Shown: positions 30,271 to 40,312 of the stretch, one piece after another
Layout: each line of letters begins with the position of its first letter
Position numbering within the stretch: position 1 is the stretch's first letter
Source: Aquificaceae bacterium
Lineage (GTDB): Bacteria > Aquificota > Aquificia > Aquificales > Aquificaceae
Length of the DNA: 64,000 nucleotides
Assembly (NCBI GenBank): GCA_037925075.1
Contig: JAXSNR010000002.1
Span: 32,001-96,000, forward strand
Direction of reading: 5' to 3'
Position numbers and translations under genes: made by a program
The notes under the pieces: model-generated
The model's input: the letters and a program-made list of their open reading frames with translations, nothing else
Told to the model about the DNA's origin: nothing
Databases searched by the model: none

Positions 30271-30347
30271 TGGGGAGAGCGACGGGAGTCGAACCCGCGA
30301 CCCGTGGATCCACAGTCCACTGCTCTGCCAGCTGAGCTACGCTCTCC
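30271..30347 (-). tRNA. tRNA-His (GUG)
   Basis: Reverse complement folds as a cloverleaf: G-1, acceptor GAGAGCG/CGCTCTC, anticodon arm GTGGA-CTGTGGA-TCCAC, TTCGA loop, C73, encoded CCA. Confidence 0.97.
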
Positions 30348-30370
30348 TCAATCTATTAATTATAAAACTC

Positions 30371-31078
30371 CTAGCTCTTTCCTGCAAGGTTCATTATGAG
30401 GGCTACTGCTACAGCTCCAGCCATCTCAGTCCTGAGTATGTAAGGCTTCAGGAAAAGGGGCTTAAAGCCCTTACCTTTGAGAAGCTGTACTTCCTCAAGA
30501 GCCAAGCCACCCTCAGGTCCAACCAATATACCGTAAGTCTTACTGCTTAAGTTCACATCCTTAATCTCCAAGCCACCAGAAAAGTTATCCAGCACCAGAT
30601 TTAGCTCTTCTTTTGGGATTAAATCTGACAGATTGACGGGACTGCCTATTTCCATGGGTTTTGGCCTTTTGCATTGTTTAAAAGATGCAAGGCTCAACCT
30701 TCTCCATCTTTCCAGCTTTTCTTCAATCAGGCTTATTTTCCGAAAACCCCTCTTACACAAGACTGGGACAAGGGATTTTGCTCCCGTTTGACTTACCCTG
30801 TCTATTACTTCCTCCATAAGTTTTAGCTCCAAGGGCACGCACTGGTAAAGGGTTATCTCTGGCTCTGGTAGTGGGATGTCTATTTCCTCTAATGGCTTAC
30901 ATAGTGCATAACCTTTTTCCCTTTCAATATGTAAGAGCAGGCACAAGAAAAGCCTACCTTTGCAAAAGACCTCAAGCCTATCACCCTTCTTAATCCTTAG
31001 AGCTTTAAGATGGTTGAATTCCTGACCGCTTATTATAAAAAGCTCTCCCTCCTGGCCCGTGCATATTAGCCTCTCCAT
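30371..31078 (-). CDS. rsmE: 16S rRNA m3U1498 methyltransferase
   Basis: HLKALRI, KQCKR, VGPEGG, ILRTEMA. Confidence 0.9.
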   Translation of the reverse strand: MERLICTGQEGELFIISGQEFNHLKALRIKKGDRLEVFCKGRLFLCLLLHIEREKGYALCKPLEEIDIPLPEPEITLYQCVPLELKLMEEVIDRVSQTGAKSLVPVLCKRGFRKISLIEEKLERWRRLSLASFKQCKRPKPMEIGSPVNLSDLIPKEELNLVLDNFSGGLEIKDVNLSSKTYGILVGPEGGLALEEVQLLKGKGFKPLFLKPYILRTEMAGAVAVALIMNLAGKS

Positions 31079-31084
31079 AGGGGT

Positions 31085-31102
31085 GCGGGGCGTCCGCCCC
31101 GC
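31085..31102 (-). terminator. GC-rich hairpin downstream of the HU gene (terminator or mRNA stabiliser)
   Basis: GCGGGGC-GTCC-GCCCCGC stem-loop just after the HU stop; no U-tract. Confidence 0.5.
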
Positions 31103-31108
31103 CCGTAA

Positions 31109-31381
31109 TTACTTCACAGAATCTCTGAGCTCTTTGGCAGGCTTAAAAGCAACCACCTTCCTTGCTGGTATCTTTATCTCTGCACCAGTCCTTGGATTCC
31201 TACCCTTTCTTGCTGCCCTAGTCCTGACTGTGAATATGCCAAATCCGGGCACTGCGACCCTTTCGCCCTTCTTGAGAGCTCCAGAGACTGCCTGAATGGC
31301 AGACTTTAGCGCGGCATCAGCCTGCTTTTTGGTAATACCTGCCCCTTTGGCTATGGCTGAAACGAGCTCAGCTTTTGTCAT
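31109..31381 (-). CDS. hup: DNA-binding protein HU
   Basis: MTKAELV, GFGIF, RAARKGRNPRTG, FKPAKEL. Confidence 0.96.
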   Translation of the reverse strand: MTKAELVSAIAKGAGITKKQADAALKSAIQAVSGALKKGERVAVPGFGIFTVRTRAARKGRNPRTGAEIKIPARKVVAFKPAKELRDSVK

Positions 31382-31469
31382 GGTATTCCCTCCTTACAAA
31401 GTTTTTAGCGGTTTATAATGATATATCAAGTCAAGTAAAAATGCAAGAGGCTTTTTAGGGATTTTAAAC

Positions 31470-31895
31470 ATGAAAAGTGTGTTTTTTGCAATTCTTGCCA
31501 GCCTTGTATGGGGAACAGCACCGGTGCTCTTCAAGCTAGGTTTGAGGGGAGATTTACATCCCATAACAGCCTTAGTTTTTCATAACCTTTCTGCTTTTCT
31601 ACTTGCCCTCATAATTACGTTTATAACAGGAATGAAGCTGAACTATCCTCTTAAAGAGACCTTGCTAATAGTAGCCGGTGGTGTCATGTCTGGCTTTCTC
31701 GGACTCCTTTTCTTCTTTAAGGCGGTAAAATCTGGGGATGTATCTGTGGTAGCACCCATCGCCTCTACATCTCCCTTGTGGGGGTCTATTATAGCTTTTC
31801 TAATCCTTGGTGAACCCTTTAGCTGGCTTAGAGCCTTTGGTATACTTCTGGTGGTATGCGGAATAGTTTTAATAAGCCTATCATCTGGCAGGTAG
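31470..31895 (+). CDS. EamA/DMT family transporter (single domain)
   Basis: LVWGT, GDVSVVAPI, LGEP, five TM segments. Confidence 0.85.
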   Translation: MKSVFFAILASLVWGTAPVLFKLGLRGDLHPITALVFHNLSAFLLALIITFITGMKLNYPLKETLLIVAGGVMSGFLGLLFFFKAVKSGDVSVVAPIASTSPLWGSIIAFLILGEPFSWLRAFGILLVVCGIVLISLSSGR

Positions 31896-33217
31896 CCCTT
31901 TCCCTTCCTACAAGCCTTTTATTGTACTTACCCTTTTCCAAATATGAGCTTTGGTTTTTTATCTTTCCTGCTCTTTTGTTTCTTTTGTGGCAAAGGAAAG
32001 GGCTTTTTTGGTTTATGTCTGGCTTTGGCTTTCTCTTCCTTTCTCTCAGATGTGCCAACATAGCAAGCGTAGAATACGGTGGGGTTAGCCCTCTCTTGTC
32101 TTATGCATTGTTTGTACCTTTTTCTCTCCTTTTGAGCTTTTATCAGTTTTACATGCCCCTGTGGTTAAACAAAAGGCTTTTCAGAAACTTCTTATGGACC
32201 CTTCCCTTCCTTTATGTGGGCTTTGAAGTGTTGAGATCTCACTTTCCCTACGGTGGGTTTCCCTGGCTTATCATGGGTTCTCTTACAGTTTATATACCCC
32301 TTCTCAAGCATAGCCTTTTGTACCTGAACGTCTATGTTCAAAGCCTTTTTATTTGGTTTACTATCCTTTTGATACTTCAAAGGAGATGGAAAGCGTCCAC
32401 AATCCTTGTGCTTACCATCACCCTTGTGGGTTTTATGGCAATGAAGGAAAAGGAAGAAAGGATAAAAAGGGCAAAGGTTGTAGATGTCGCCTTGGTGCAA
32501 ACTGCAGTCCCTCAGGAGGATAAGCTATACACCTCAGCCTTTAAAAGGCATGCAGAAAGCCTCCTACAGCTTACCGAAGAAGCTGTCCATAAAGGCGTGG
32601 ACCTTGTAGTACTTCCCGAGTCCGCTTTTCACTTTTTCTATTCTGAGGAAAACGATGATTATAATTTCAGACTAAGAACACTTAGCATAGAAGCCCCGAT
32701 CCTTGTGGGTCTTATTGACATAAGAGAAGGCCTAAAGCCTTACAACTCCGCATACCTTTTAAAGGATGGTAGGGTAATAGACTATTACGATAAGATAAGG
32801 CTTTTCCCAATAGGTGAGTACATGCCCTTTCCCTTTGGCTTTCTGAAAAACCTCTTTCCTGCCATAAGCGGTATTGATTACCTTCCCGGAAAAAACCTAA
32901 AGCCCATAGAATACAAAGGCATGAAAATAGCCACGCCCATATGCTTTGAGGTGGCTTATCACGGCCTTGTAAAGGAGCTTTCTAAAAGGGCTAACCTTAT
33001 TGCGGTTTTTACCAACGACGGCTGGTTCAAAGACTCTGACTGTGTAAGCCAGCATTATCTTTGGGCAAGGGTAAGGGCTTTGGAGACGGGCAAATATGTG
33101 CTCTGGGTAAACAACTCAGGAGATACGGGCATAATAGACCCTATGGGCAGGGTTTTAGAGAGGCTACCCTACATGAAAAGGGGTATAGTCTATGGGAAAG
33201 TCCTTCTTATTGACTAA
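31856..33217 (+). CDS. lnt: Apolipoprotein N-acyltransferase
   Basis: GGFPW, LPESA, YNSA, KIRLFPIGEYMP, ICFE, TNDGWF, RALE. Confidence 0.93.
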   Translation: MRNSFNKPIIWQVALSLPTSLLLYLPFSKYELWFFIFPALLFLLWQRKGLFWFMSGFGFLFLSLRCANIASVEYGGVSPLLSYALFVPFSLLLSFYQFYMPLWLNKRLFRNFLWTLPFLYVGFEVLRSHFPYGGFPWLIMGSLTVYIPLLKHSLLYLNVYVQSLFIWFTILLILQRRWKASTILVLTITLVGFMAMKEKEERIKRAKVVDVALVQTAVPQEDKLYTSAFKRHAESLLQLTEEAVHKGVDLVVLPESAFHFFYSEENDDYNFRLRTLSIEAPILVGLIDIREGLKPYNSAYLLKDGRVIDYYDKIRLFPIGEYMPFPFGFLKNLFPAISGIDYLPGKNLKPIEYKGMKIATPICFEVAYHGLVKELSKRANLIAVFTNDGWFKDSDCVSQHYLWARVRALETGKYVLWVNNSGDTGIIDPMGRVLERLPYMKRGIVYGKVLLID

Positions 33218-33731
33218 TCTACCTAACCTTCTTTCCTTTGCTAGGCTGGTGCTAAGTCCCTTGCTTGTTTTTGTTTCGCAAGAATATATACTCTTTTTGT
33301 TTTTTCCTCTTGCTCTTTCTGATGCTCTAGATGGCTTTCTTGCAAGGAAATTAAGGGCTCAAACGGAGCTTGGCAAGGTGCTTGACCCATTGGCGGACAA
33401 GGTTATGCTTCTTTGTGGGCTTTTTGTATGCACCTTTAAGCTCCAAACTATACCTCAGTCTTTTCTTTATGCTGTGTTGGCAAGAGACCTGTTTCTACTT
33501 GTGGGTGGTGCCCTTCTTACCAGCAGGCATGGAAAGGTTCCCTCTTCAAGGTTGTTGGGTAAGGCTTTCACTTTTATTTTGTCCCTTCATATTGCCCTCT
33601 GTATTATTGGAATTTCCTCTTCCTTTGTGCTCCTGATTAGCCTACTCATGCTTTTCCTTTCTTGGATAGACTACGCCCTGTTCGGGCTAAGAAATCTCAA
33701 AAGTCAAACTTCTTCCTCAGCCTTATTCTGA
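33192..33731 (+). CDS. CDP-alcohol phosphatidyltransferase (PgsA-like)
   Basis: NLPNLLSFAR, SDALDGFLAR, GKVLDPLADK. Confidence 0.9.
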   Translation: MGKSFLLTNLPNLLSFARLVLSPLLVFVSQEYILFLFFPLALSDALDGFLARKLRAQTELGKVLDPLADKVMLLCGLFVCTFKLQTIPQSFLYAVLARDLFLLVGGALLTSRHGKVPSSRLLGKAFTFILSLHIALCIIGISSSFVLLISLLMLFLSWIDYALFGLRNLKSQTSSSALF

Positions 33732-36700
33732 CCTCGTGAGACCTGTCCGAGTAGTACCTTCCACCTATGGAGGTGCTTGGTGTGAGCCTTACGTCTCCGC
33801 CTGTGTAGGTTTCCTTGGGATTTTTCAAGGTGCTTTGTCTGTGCTCCACTGTTATCCTTTGTGTTATGTCTTTGGAGATGGTAGCACTTAGCCCAACCTC
33901 TCCCGTGGGAGATACGGATGGTGATACTTGGACCTTTACATCAAGGCCTGTCATACCCTTTGCACCCTTTATGAGCTGGCTTATCTGAGGTATTTGGCTT
34001 ATGAGGGCACCGCCTACGGGTATTAAGCCTTCCGTCTCCGCACCTCCAAGCACCAAGGTGGTAAGCACCTCCCTTGTGTCCCTTGGAGGCTCAGACCTGA
34101 TTACTGCCTTCGGATACTGTGGGTTTCCCTTTAGGTCAATTATTATGCTGTAATCGGGTGTGGGTGCTATTATGGTGAGATCCATCTGGTTGTCTTTGCC
34201 TGTAAAAGTAAGCTCACCCCTTCTTACGTAAAATTCCCTTTCAAAGTATGTAAGGCTTCCGCCTTTTAGATATGCCTTTAACACATAATCGGGCTCATAA
34301 AGAGTGCCCTTTACCTTTGCGGAAATGTCCGTGTACACAAAGCCCTCCGGTAGGTTGACCCTTAGAGGTTCAGAGGAGGCTACGGATAGGTCAAGGTTTA
34401 TCCTCTTGTACTCCTCGGGATTTTCTCCCGTTCTTTTCTTAACCTTTTGCAGGTTAACAACTCCAGAGGTGTAAAACTCGCCCCTTATGTTCAAATTCTT
34501 GTAGTCAGAGCTCAGAGTTCCTTTGCCGGATATAAAGAGGTTCGTCCTGAGTGTTTCATTTCTGTACAGAAAGGGTAGCTGTGAAACTTCAAACCTAAGC
34601 TCCGCAAGCTTATCATTGCCTGCAAGATTGGCAAGGATGGAAGCCTTCTGGTTGCCAATTAGTTTTACGGAACCTGAAAGCCTGTTATCCTTAAAGCTCA
34701 ACTCAAGCGCACCAAACAGGGGTACCGCAAGGTATCTGGACCTAAAAGTTATCTTGTCAGAGGTAGCTTTTAAATTCAGAGCTTCTGTGTAAATAAGCTT
34801 GTAAAACACCTTCCCCTCCATATCCGCAAAAACTCTGCTCCTTACCACAGAAGAAAACCTCCCAAGGTCCATTACACCCTTAGAGGAAAGCCTCAAGCCC
34901 TCATCGTAGGAAAGTTCAAGCAAGCCCTCTAGAGCACCGTACATACTGCCTTTAAGGGAAAGAGCCTTGCCTTTGTACTCTCCCTTTTGAAACTCTACCT
35001 TTGAAAATACCTCTTGCCCAATGCTCATAGTAAGTGGGGCAACATCTATACTTCCGCTTTCCATGCCTCCGTACAGCTTCAGCTCTGGCACTCTCAGAGA
35101 CACAAGACCCTCCTTGAGGGTAAAGCCTTTCATCAGAGCCTCAAGCCTTCCCTCTTTCCTATAAACACTGACATTAAGCGGAAAGCTGATGCTTTTATAT
35201 TTGCCCTCGCCCATGAGCTCAAGGTTAAAGTCCATCCCCCTGCCATTAAGGAGGTATTTAGAGGCTACCGAAAGGTCGCCACGAGCATACCGTAGAGATC
35301 CCTCAAGGCTGTAGGAAGCATTCTTATAATCGTAGTAGCCTCTACCCATAGGACCATCCTGAAGTTCAAAGGAAAAGGATACCTTTTCCCCTTCCACCTT
35401 TCCCTCAAAGCTACCCCTTGGGTAAGAAAGCTGGAGTATTCTTGCCTCTTTGAGCTCACCTCTAAAAGGACCCTTTAACTGTTCTCCCCTTTTTTCTATG
35501 TCAAAGTATAGGGCGATCCAGGAGGAAATCTTATCTTTGAAGACCTTCCCCTCAAGCCTTCCAGAACCCCACGCCTTATTCTCTCCGAGTTTAACTTCCA
35601 CGTTTCCCTTCAAAGATTCCAGCCCAACCCCTGCATATGAAAGGTTCATACCTTCAAACTTTAAACTTCCAGAGAAGGTTCTATCCTTTAAGGAACCATC
35701 CCCTGAAAGGGAATAGCCTCTTCCCATGAGGTTTATCTTGTAGCTATCCCCCTCAAGGAAAAGGTCATAGCTGGCGCTTCCAAGCTCTATACCCTTCAAA
35801 AACAGGTTTTCTATCCTCCCTCTCCCGTAGCTAAGAGCCTGACCTTGCTGAAGCTTCAAGGACCCACTGTAGGAGATAGTTGCGGAAGCATCCTCATGCC
35901 TTAGTCTGTATCCGAGAAGCTCCACACTTCCGGTGAAATCCCTTGCATAAAAGCCACCCTTTACCGAGAGTAGAAAGGGCTCAGCTACAGAAAGTTCAAG
36001 GTTTCCCCCTGGCACTCCTTCGTAGTTAAGTTCTACTCTAAGGCTGACATCTGCTAGCTTGTGGTCTTCCACCTGTGCCATTGGGGAATGAGCCTGAAGA
36101 TTTAAGAGTTTTTTCTCTAAGTCAAGGTCAAGCTGGCCATTAACTATGGTGAGCAACCTCTTATCTATGCCAAGAAGTCTCTGGTCCACTGGAAAAGCCC
36201 TAAACGCCGCACGCAAAACTCCATCCTTTAAAGAGTAGTTGACCTCTGTGGTGGTAAAGCCGTCTGTTAGAACAGCCTTAAGCTGGCTTTTCTCCCTCCA
36301 TTTCCATAGGTATTCTCCACTTAACTTAAGACTTTTGAACTCCCTTCTGTCTTTTATGTCAAGACTCTCCGCAAACCCCGAAAAGCTTGCACCTATATGA
36401 GTATAGTCTAAGCTTCCCAAGAGCCTTATATTCACCCTTGCAAGCGAGAAGCTCTCTTTTTTAATAGGCTCTATGTATCCATCCGCCTCAAAGACTCCCT
36501 TTTTGCCTTCCCATACTCCTCTTAAGCTAAAGTCATAAAGACTACTTCTTACTTGGGCTTGCTCTAATATAAACCTTTTCCCTTCTGTACGGGCTTTCTC
36601 AAGAAATACTTCAAGGTGGTGTATGTTTTTGTAGTGCATCCAGTAAGCTTGCGTCCACCCATTAGAGAAGACCTTCCCAGCCCTCAACTCGGTTTTTGGT

Positions 36701-37092
36701 ATGAAAAGGGTAAGGCTCTCTCCATAAGGTACATAGTTTGTGGAGATGTAAGTGTGGCCCACCTTCAGGTTCAGCTTGCTTGCTAACTCTATAAGGGGTC
36801 CAAAGTCATAATCAAAGGGTTTATCAGAAGGTGGAGCGGTGGAAACCTCTATAAGATTAAACTCACCGGCTTTAAGGTCCCAAGGCCTTATAGAAGCTTC
36901 ACTAACAAAGATGTGAAGAGTTGTTTGCTTAAAGGGTAGATACACTAAAAGCCTCTCAAAACTCAAACCTTTTTCAAAGCTAAGTCTGACCCCTTCCAAC
37001 TGGATCTGTATATTCCTTACAGTCATGTAGGGCTTTATAAGCAGAAGGTAAAGGGCGAGGAGCAAGAGCAAAAGATAACCAACAGCACGCAT
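33697..37092 (-). CDS. Translocation/assembly module TamB-like protein
   Basis: 1131 aa, N-terminal TM anchor, long G-rich beta-strand repeats, DUF490-like C-terminus (LKGNPQYP..RSEPP). Confidence 0.75.
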   Translation of the reverse strand: MRAVGYLLLLLLALYLLLIKPYMTVRNIQIQLEGVRLSFEKGLSFERLLVYLPFKQTTLHIFVSEASIRPWDLKAGEFNLIEVSTAPPSDKPFDYDFGPLIELASKLNLKVGHTYISTNYVPYGESLTLFIPKTELRAGKVFSNGWTQAYWMHYKNIHHLEVFLEKARTEGKRFILEQAQVRSSLYDFSLRGVWEGKKGVFEADGYIEPIKKESFSLARVNIRLLGSLDYTHIGASFSGFAESLDIKDRREFKSLKLSGEYLWKWREKSQLKAVLTDGFTTTEVNYSLKDGVLRAAFRAFPVDQRLLGIDKRLLTIVNGQLDLDLEKKLLNLQAHSPMAQVEDHKLADVSLRVELNYEGVPGGNLELSVAEPFLLSVKGGFYARDFTGSVELLGYRLRHEDASATISYSGSLKLQQGQALSYGRGRIENLFLKGIELGSASYDLFLEGDSYKINLMGRGYSLSGDGSLKDRTFSGSLKFEGMNLSYAGVGLESLKGNVEVKLGENKAWGSGRLEGKVFKDKISSWIALYFDIEKRGEQLKGPFRGELKEARILQLSYPRGSFEGKVEGEKVSFSFELQDGPMGRGYYDYKNASYSLEGSLRYARGDLSVASKYLLNGRGMDFNLELMGEGKYKSISFPLNVSVYRKEGRLEALMKGFTLKEGLVSLRVPELKLYGGMESGSIDVAPLTMSIGQEVFSKVEFQKGEYKGKALSLKGSMYGALEGLLELSYDEGLRLSSKGVMDLGRFSSVVRSRVFADMEGKVFYKLIYTEALNLKATSDKITFRSRYLAVPLFGALELSFKDNRLSGSVKLIGNQKASILANLAGNDKLAELRFEVSQLPFLYRNETLRTNLFISGKGTLSSDYKNLNIRGEFYTSGVVNLQKVKKRTGENPEEYKRINLDLSVASSEPLRVNLPEGFVYTDISAKVKGTLYEPDYVLKAYLKGGSLTYFEREFYVRRGELTFTGKDNQMDLTIIAPTPDYSIIIDLKGNPQYPKAVIRSEPPRDTREVLTTLVLGGAETEGLIPVGGALISQIPQISQLIKGAKGMTGLDVKVQVSPSVSPTGEVGLSATISKDITQRITVEHRQSTLKNPKETYTGGDVRLTPSTSIGGRYYSDRSHEVRIRLRKKFDF

Positions 37093-37184
37093 AGATTTAG
37101 CTTATCACACACACCATACTCTTTAAGATGGATTGGGTTAGTGAGTAATTAATAGTTCCCAAATGAATAGACATTTATTCTCTC

Positions 37185-37620
37185 CTATCTATAAATTCGG
37201 TTTTGTAGCGAACGGGGACTATAGGCTCCCCTAAGGACTTTCAGGTTTAACCTGTCCGCCCTTCGGTTTTTCCTGTCAATGTTGCCACAAAGGGGACAAC
37301 GCTGTTATCCTTAGTAAGATCCTTGAATAATACCAAAAAGACAGGAAGCTTTTACGGGGAAACTTTTCCAGCTTATTATTCAGATTGTTTATAAAAAGTC
37401 TTAGATATCCTTCTAAGTTTATTTATTCACAATTCTCTTTATATGTTTAGTTACTTTTCTCCAATAACACTCAATGTAAAGGCAGGGTAAGGACAACCGC
37501 CACGCATTTTTACGCCATCTGGCAAAACTCACCTATGGCTTGTCCGCAACTACATCTAATCAGGGGGAATTATAGGGGAAAAGTTTTGACGGAAAAATTG
37601 CGTGTATCCATTCAATATAT
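37185..37620 (-). pseudogene. Degenerate IS200/IS605 TnpB remnant
   Basis: Manual translation gives fragments KFPRKSFLSFWYYSRILLRI and QRCPLCGNIDRKNRRADR..LRGAYSPRSLQN*, resembling the TnpB zinc ribbon and C-terminus; the 5' boundary is approximate. Confidence 0.55.
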
Positions 37621-37658
37621 TTGTTTTTTGACTACACCTTATAGCTTATATGCAAGGA

Positions 37659-37675
37659 GGGGGGACTTTCCCCCC
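37659..37675 (-). terminator. Hairpin immediately downstream of aioA
   Basis: G-run / ACTTT / C-run inverted repeat a few nt after the aioA stop. Confidence 0.55.
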
Positions 37676-37682
37676 ATTCTTA

Positions 37683-40298
37683 TCAAGTGAAGTTGTTATT
37701 GGGTAGCAAAGATGTATTCTTGAGAACACTTTCCAGATTACCCTTTAGCTTTCTTATGCCAACCCTTGAAGCTTTGTACCATGGTATGGTGGTCTTGGGG
37801 TCTGTATAGCTCGTGGTAAGGTGGTTCAAAGACTCTTTCCATCTGTACATAAGACCAAATACTGTTCCCGGAGGGGGTGCGTCGTTCACGAGTACAAGGG
37901 CTACTGCATTGCCTTCCAGATTATACAGTTCTACCAGGTCACCACTTTTTATACCAAGCTTTTGTGCATCAACTGGGTTTATTTCTACATAAGGCATGGG
38001 TAGGCTATAAACCTTTTCTGGTAAGTACCTATCGTGATAGCCCGTCTGCCAGATAATCTGAGTCCTTCCGTTGGTAAACCAGAAGGGAAACTTTTTATCA
38101 TTTCCATCCTTGAAGTATTTGGCAATTTGAGGTGGATAGAACTTGAGTGGGTCTGGTTCCCATAGGTCTGTGCCATACCATTTGAACTTACCGTCAGAAG
38201 TTCCAAACTTATGAACGTACCTTCTTTTTGTACCAACAAGCTGACCTGTCTTTGGGTCTATTCGTACTGGAACCTGTATGCCCTTTTGCCCCACCCTTCT
38301 GAGATAATCATAGGTAACGCCCCTGTAGCATTCTGCGGGAAGTTTTGCCTCATCTTCTTCTGTCAATCTATTGTCAGGAAAGTCATTACCGCCATCCAAG
38401 AAGACTTCTTCCGCACTCTTCCAATCCATTCCAGAACAGTACTTCGCTTCTTCTCTGTTTCCTTCAGCCTCGTAAAGCTCTTTCATCCTCGTGGCTATCC
38501 TGCCCCATATCCACCAGTCTGGCTTCGCATCGCCCGGTGGGTCCATAAACTGGTCTGCTATCCTAAGAAGCCTACTGTTGCAGTTTATGTAAGTGGTAGG
38601 TGTTTCACCCCATCCCGCTGCCGGAAGTATCACATGGGCATCCCTTCCTACTTCTGTCTCGTACATGTTTATTACCACAAGGAAGAGTCCATCAGTCTTG
38701 GCAAGCCCTTCCAGTATCCGCTTTGCCCTTTCTTCGGAACCAGCAGGTTCTCCAGCAAAACCGCTGTACTCTGAAAGATACTTGGTTAAGGCAAGGGTTC
38801 TTTCGTGCACCCTCTTTTTGTATTCTTGGGCGTTTGGCGTGGACAGGTATGGGTCTGTGCCAGAAACGAAGTAGACTTTAGCCCTTCGGTCCTTCTTAAC
38901 ATACTCATCTATGTTAGGTGGTGGTCCTCCTGCGTATATGGAACCTACAAGATTTGCCCTTGATGAACCGTGAGGTCTTACATAACCCTCTTGGTGGCCA
39001 CCCTGTCTTCCGCAACCTGTACCAGGTTTTCCATAGTTTCCTGTTAAAGCTGCAAGCTGGGCTATGGCTGCTATGGTGTCATAGTTTTTGTACCCCCATA
39101 TGACACCCTTTTCGTATATGGTGAGAGTCCTCCTTCTAAACTTTCCAGCCTTTGGCTTTGCAATCCACTCAGCCGCCTTTTCTATGTCAGCCCTTGAAAC
39201 GCCTGTGAGCTTTTCCACCCTTCTCATGAACTCATCGTAAGGCACATCCAACATAAGGGACTTTTTCTTATAGTCTTCAAAGGTTTTTAGGTCTGTTCTC
39301 TCCTTTATAAACCTATCATCATGCCAACCCTTTTCCCAAACTGCCCTTGCTATGGCATTGGCTAAAACGTAGTCTGTTCCAAGGTTTAGACGAAGATGAA
39401 GCACTCTGTTTTTGTCTATGGATTCCGCCACCGTAAGGCTTGCAGTCCTCCTTGGGTCTACTACTATTATCCTTGCGGGCTCTGCTGGCTCTCCCTTTAA
39501 ATACTCCTTTTTCTTCTCTTCTATGGTTGCCCCTTGGAAGTTGGGAAGCATGTGCTCCGTGTAGAAAACGGAAGCTGTCTCAAAGGAGTTTGCACCCCAG
39601 AGGACTATGGTATCCGCAAGTCTTGCGTCCTCATAGGTGTAGTTTAGCTCATGCGTTCCCCTTTCTCTTTGACCCCAAACCTCAGAATTGTAAGCGGGTC
39701 TGTTGTGGATGGAAAGCATCCTTGTACCCACCGCTATAAAGAAGAACTTACCAACAGCCCAGTTGTCCTCAAAGCCAGCACCAGAACCGCCATGGTCGTG
39801 TATCTTCATGGCTACGGAGTCTGGTCCATAGGCGTCCTTTACACCCTTAACTACCCTTGCTATAAGGTCTATGGCTTCTTCCCAGCTTATGGGCATAAAC
39901 TCATCACCTACCCTTACCATAGGATGGTGGAGCCTTGCCCTTGTAGGCTTTGTGGGTGCATAGGTTGCCTGGGCATTGGTACCACCTCTTATGGAATAAT
40001 TCCCTCTATTTATAGGGGAATCCTTGGATGGGATTATGACCACATTGTACTGCTTTCCATTTTTTGTTATAACAGAATGCATTGTTTCCACAATTGACTG
40101 ACCAGTCAAAGCAGGTTGTTGCTTTGTAAAGTCTATCCCCAAAGCGTTTTCGTTGGGCATTGCCCCACCGTTCTTGCCTACAGGCCAGACATAAACATCA
40201 TAGCCACAGCCTACATTGCAATATTGGCAGACTGTAGTACGCTTTTCCGCATCCTTTGGTGGTATTGGTATTTGATCTTTTCTTGCAAACAAAGCCAT
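37683..40298 (-). CDS. aioA: Arsenite oxidase large molybdopterin subunit
   Basis: PIPPKDA..CQYCNVGCGY ([3Fe-4S] motif), HDHGGSGAGFEDNW, IHNRPAYNSE, YEDARLADT, YEKGVIWG, RQGGHQEGY; SD AGGAGG. Confidence 0.93.
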   Translation of the reverse strand: MALFARKDQIPIPPKDAEKRTTVCQYCNVGCGYDVYVWPVGKNGGAMPNENALGIDFTKQQPALTGQSIVETMHSVITKNGKQYNVVIIPSKDSPINRGNYSIRGGTNAQATYAPTKPTRARLHHPMVRVGDEFMPISWEEAIDLIARVVKGVKDAYGPDSVAMKIHDHGGSGAGFEDNWAVGKFFFIAVGTRMLSIHNRPAYNSEVWGQRERGTHELNYTYEDARLADTIVLWGANSFETASVFYTEHMLPNFQGATIEEKKKEYLKGEPAEPARIIVVDPRRTASLTVAESIDKNRVLHLRLNLGTDYVLANAIARAVWEKGWHDDRFIKERTDLKTFEDYKKKSLMLDVPYDEFMRRVEKLTGVSRADIEKAAEWIAKPKAGKFRRRTLTIYEKGVIWGYKNYDTIAAIAQLAALTGNYGKPGTGCGRQGGHQEGYVRPHGSSRANLVGSIYAGGPPPNIDEYVKKDRRAKVYFVSGTDPYLSTPNAQEYKKRVHERTLALTKYLSEYSGFAGEPAGSEERAKRILEGLAKTDGLFLVVINMYETEVGRDAHVILPAAGWGETPTTYINCNSRLLRIADQFMDPPGDAKPDWWIWGRIATRMKELYEAEGNREEAKYCSGMDWKSAEEVFLDGGNDFPDNRLTEEDEAKLPAECYRGVTYDYLRRVGQKGIQVPVRIDPKTGQLVGTKRRYVHKFGTSDGKFKWYGTDLWEPDPLKFYPPQIAKYFKDGNDKKFPFWFTNGRTQIIWQTGYHDRYLPEKVYSLPMPYVEINPVDAQKLGIKSGDLVELYNLEGNAVALVLVNDAPPPGTVFGLMYRWKESLNHLTTSYTDPKTTIPWYKASRVGIRKLKGNLESVLKNTSLLPNNNFT

Positions 40299-40312
40299 GG
40301 TTTCACCTCCTT

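Noticed and set aside
30255..30320. N-terminal extension of the epmA ORF (MDCGSTGRGFDSRRSP)
   Set aside because: It is the tRNA-His sequence read as codons; the real start is ATG 30254.
30271..30347. tRNA-His as an integration site for an island
   Set aside because: No duplicate of its 3' end and no integrase seen; both flanks are housekeeping genes.
37683..40298. Iodate reductase IdrA or another DMSO-reductase family enzyme
   Set aside because: IHNRPAYNSE and HDHGG motifs, aioB-aioA order and the lack of adjacent cytochrome c peroxidase genes favour AioA; a phylogeny would settle it.
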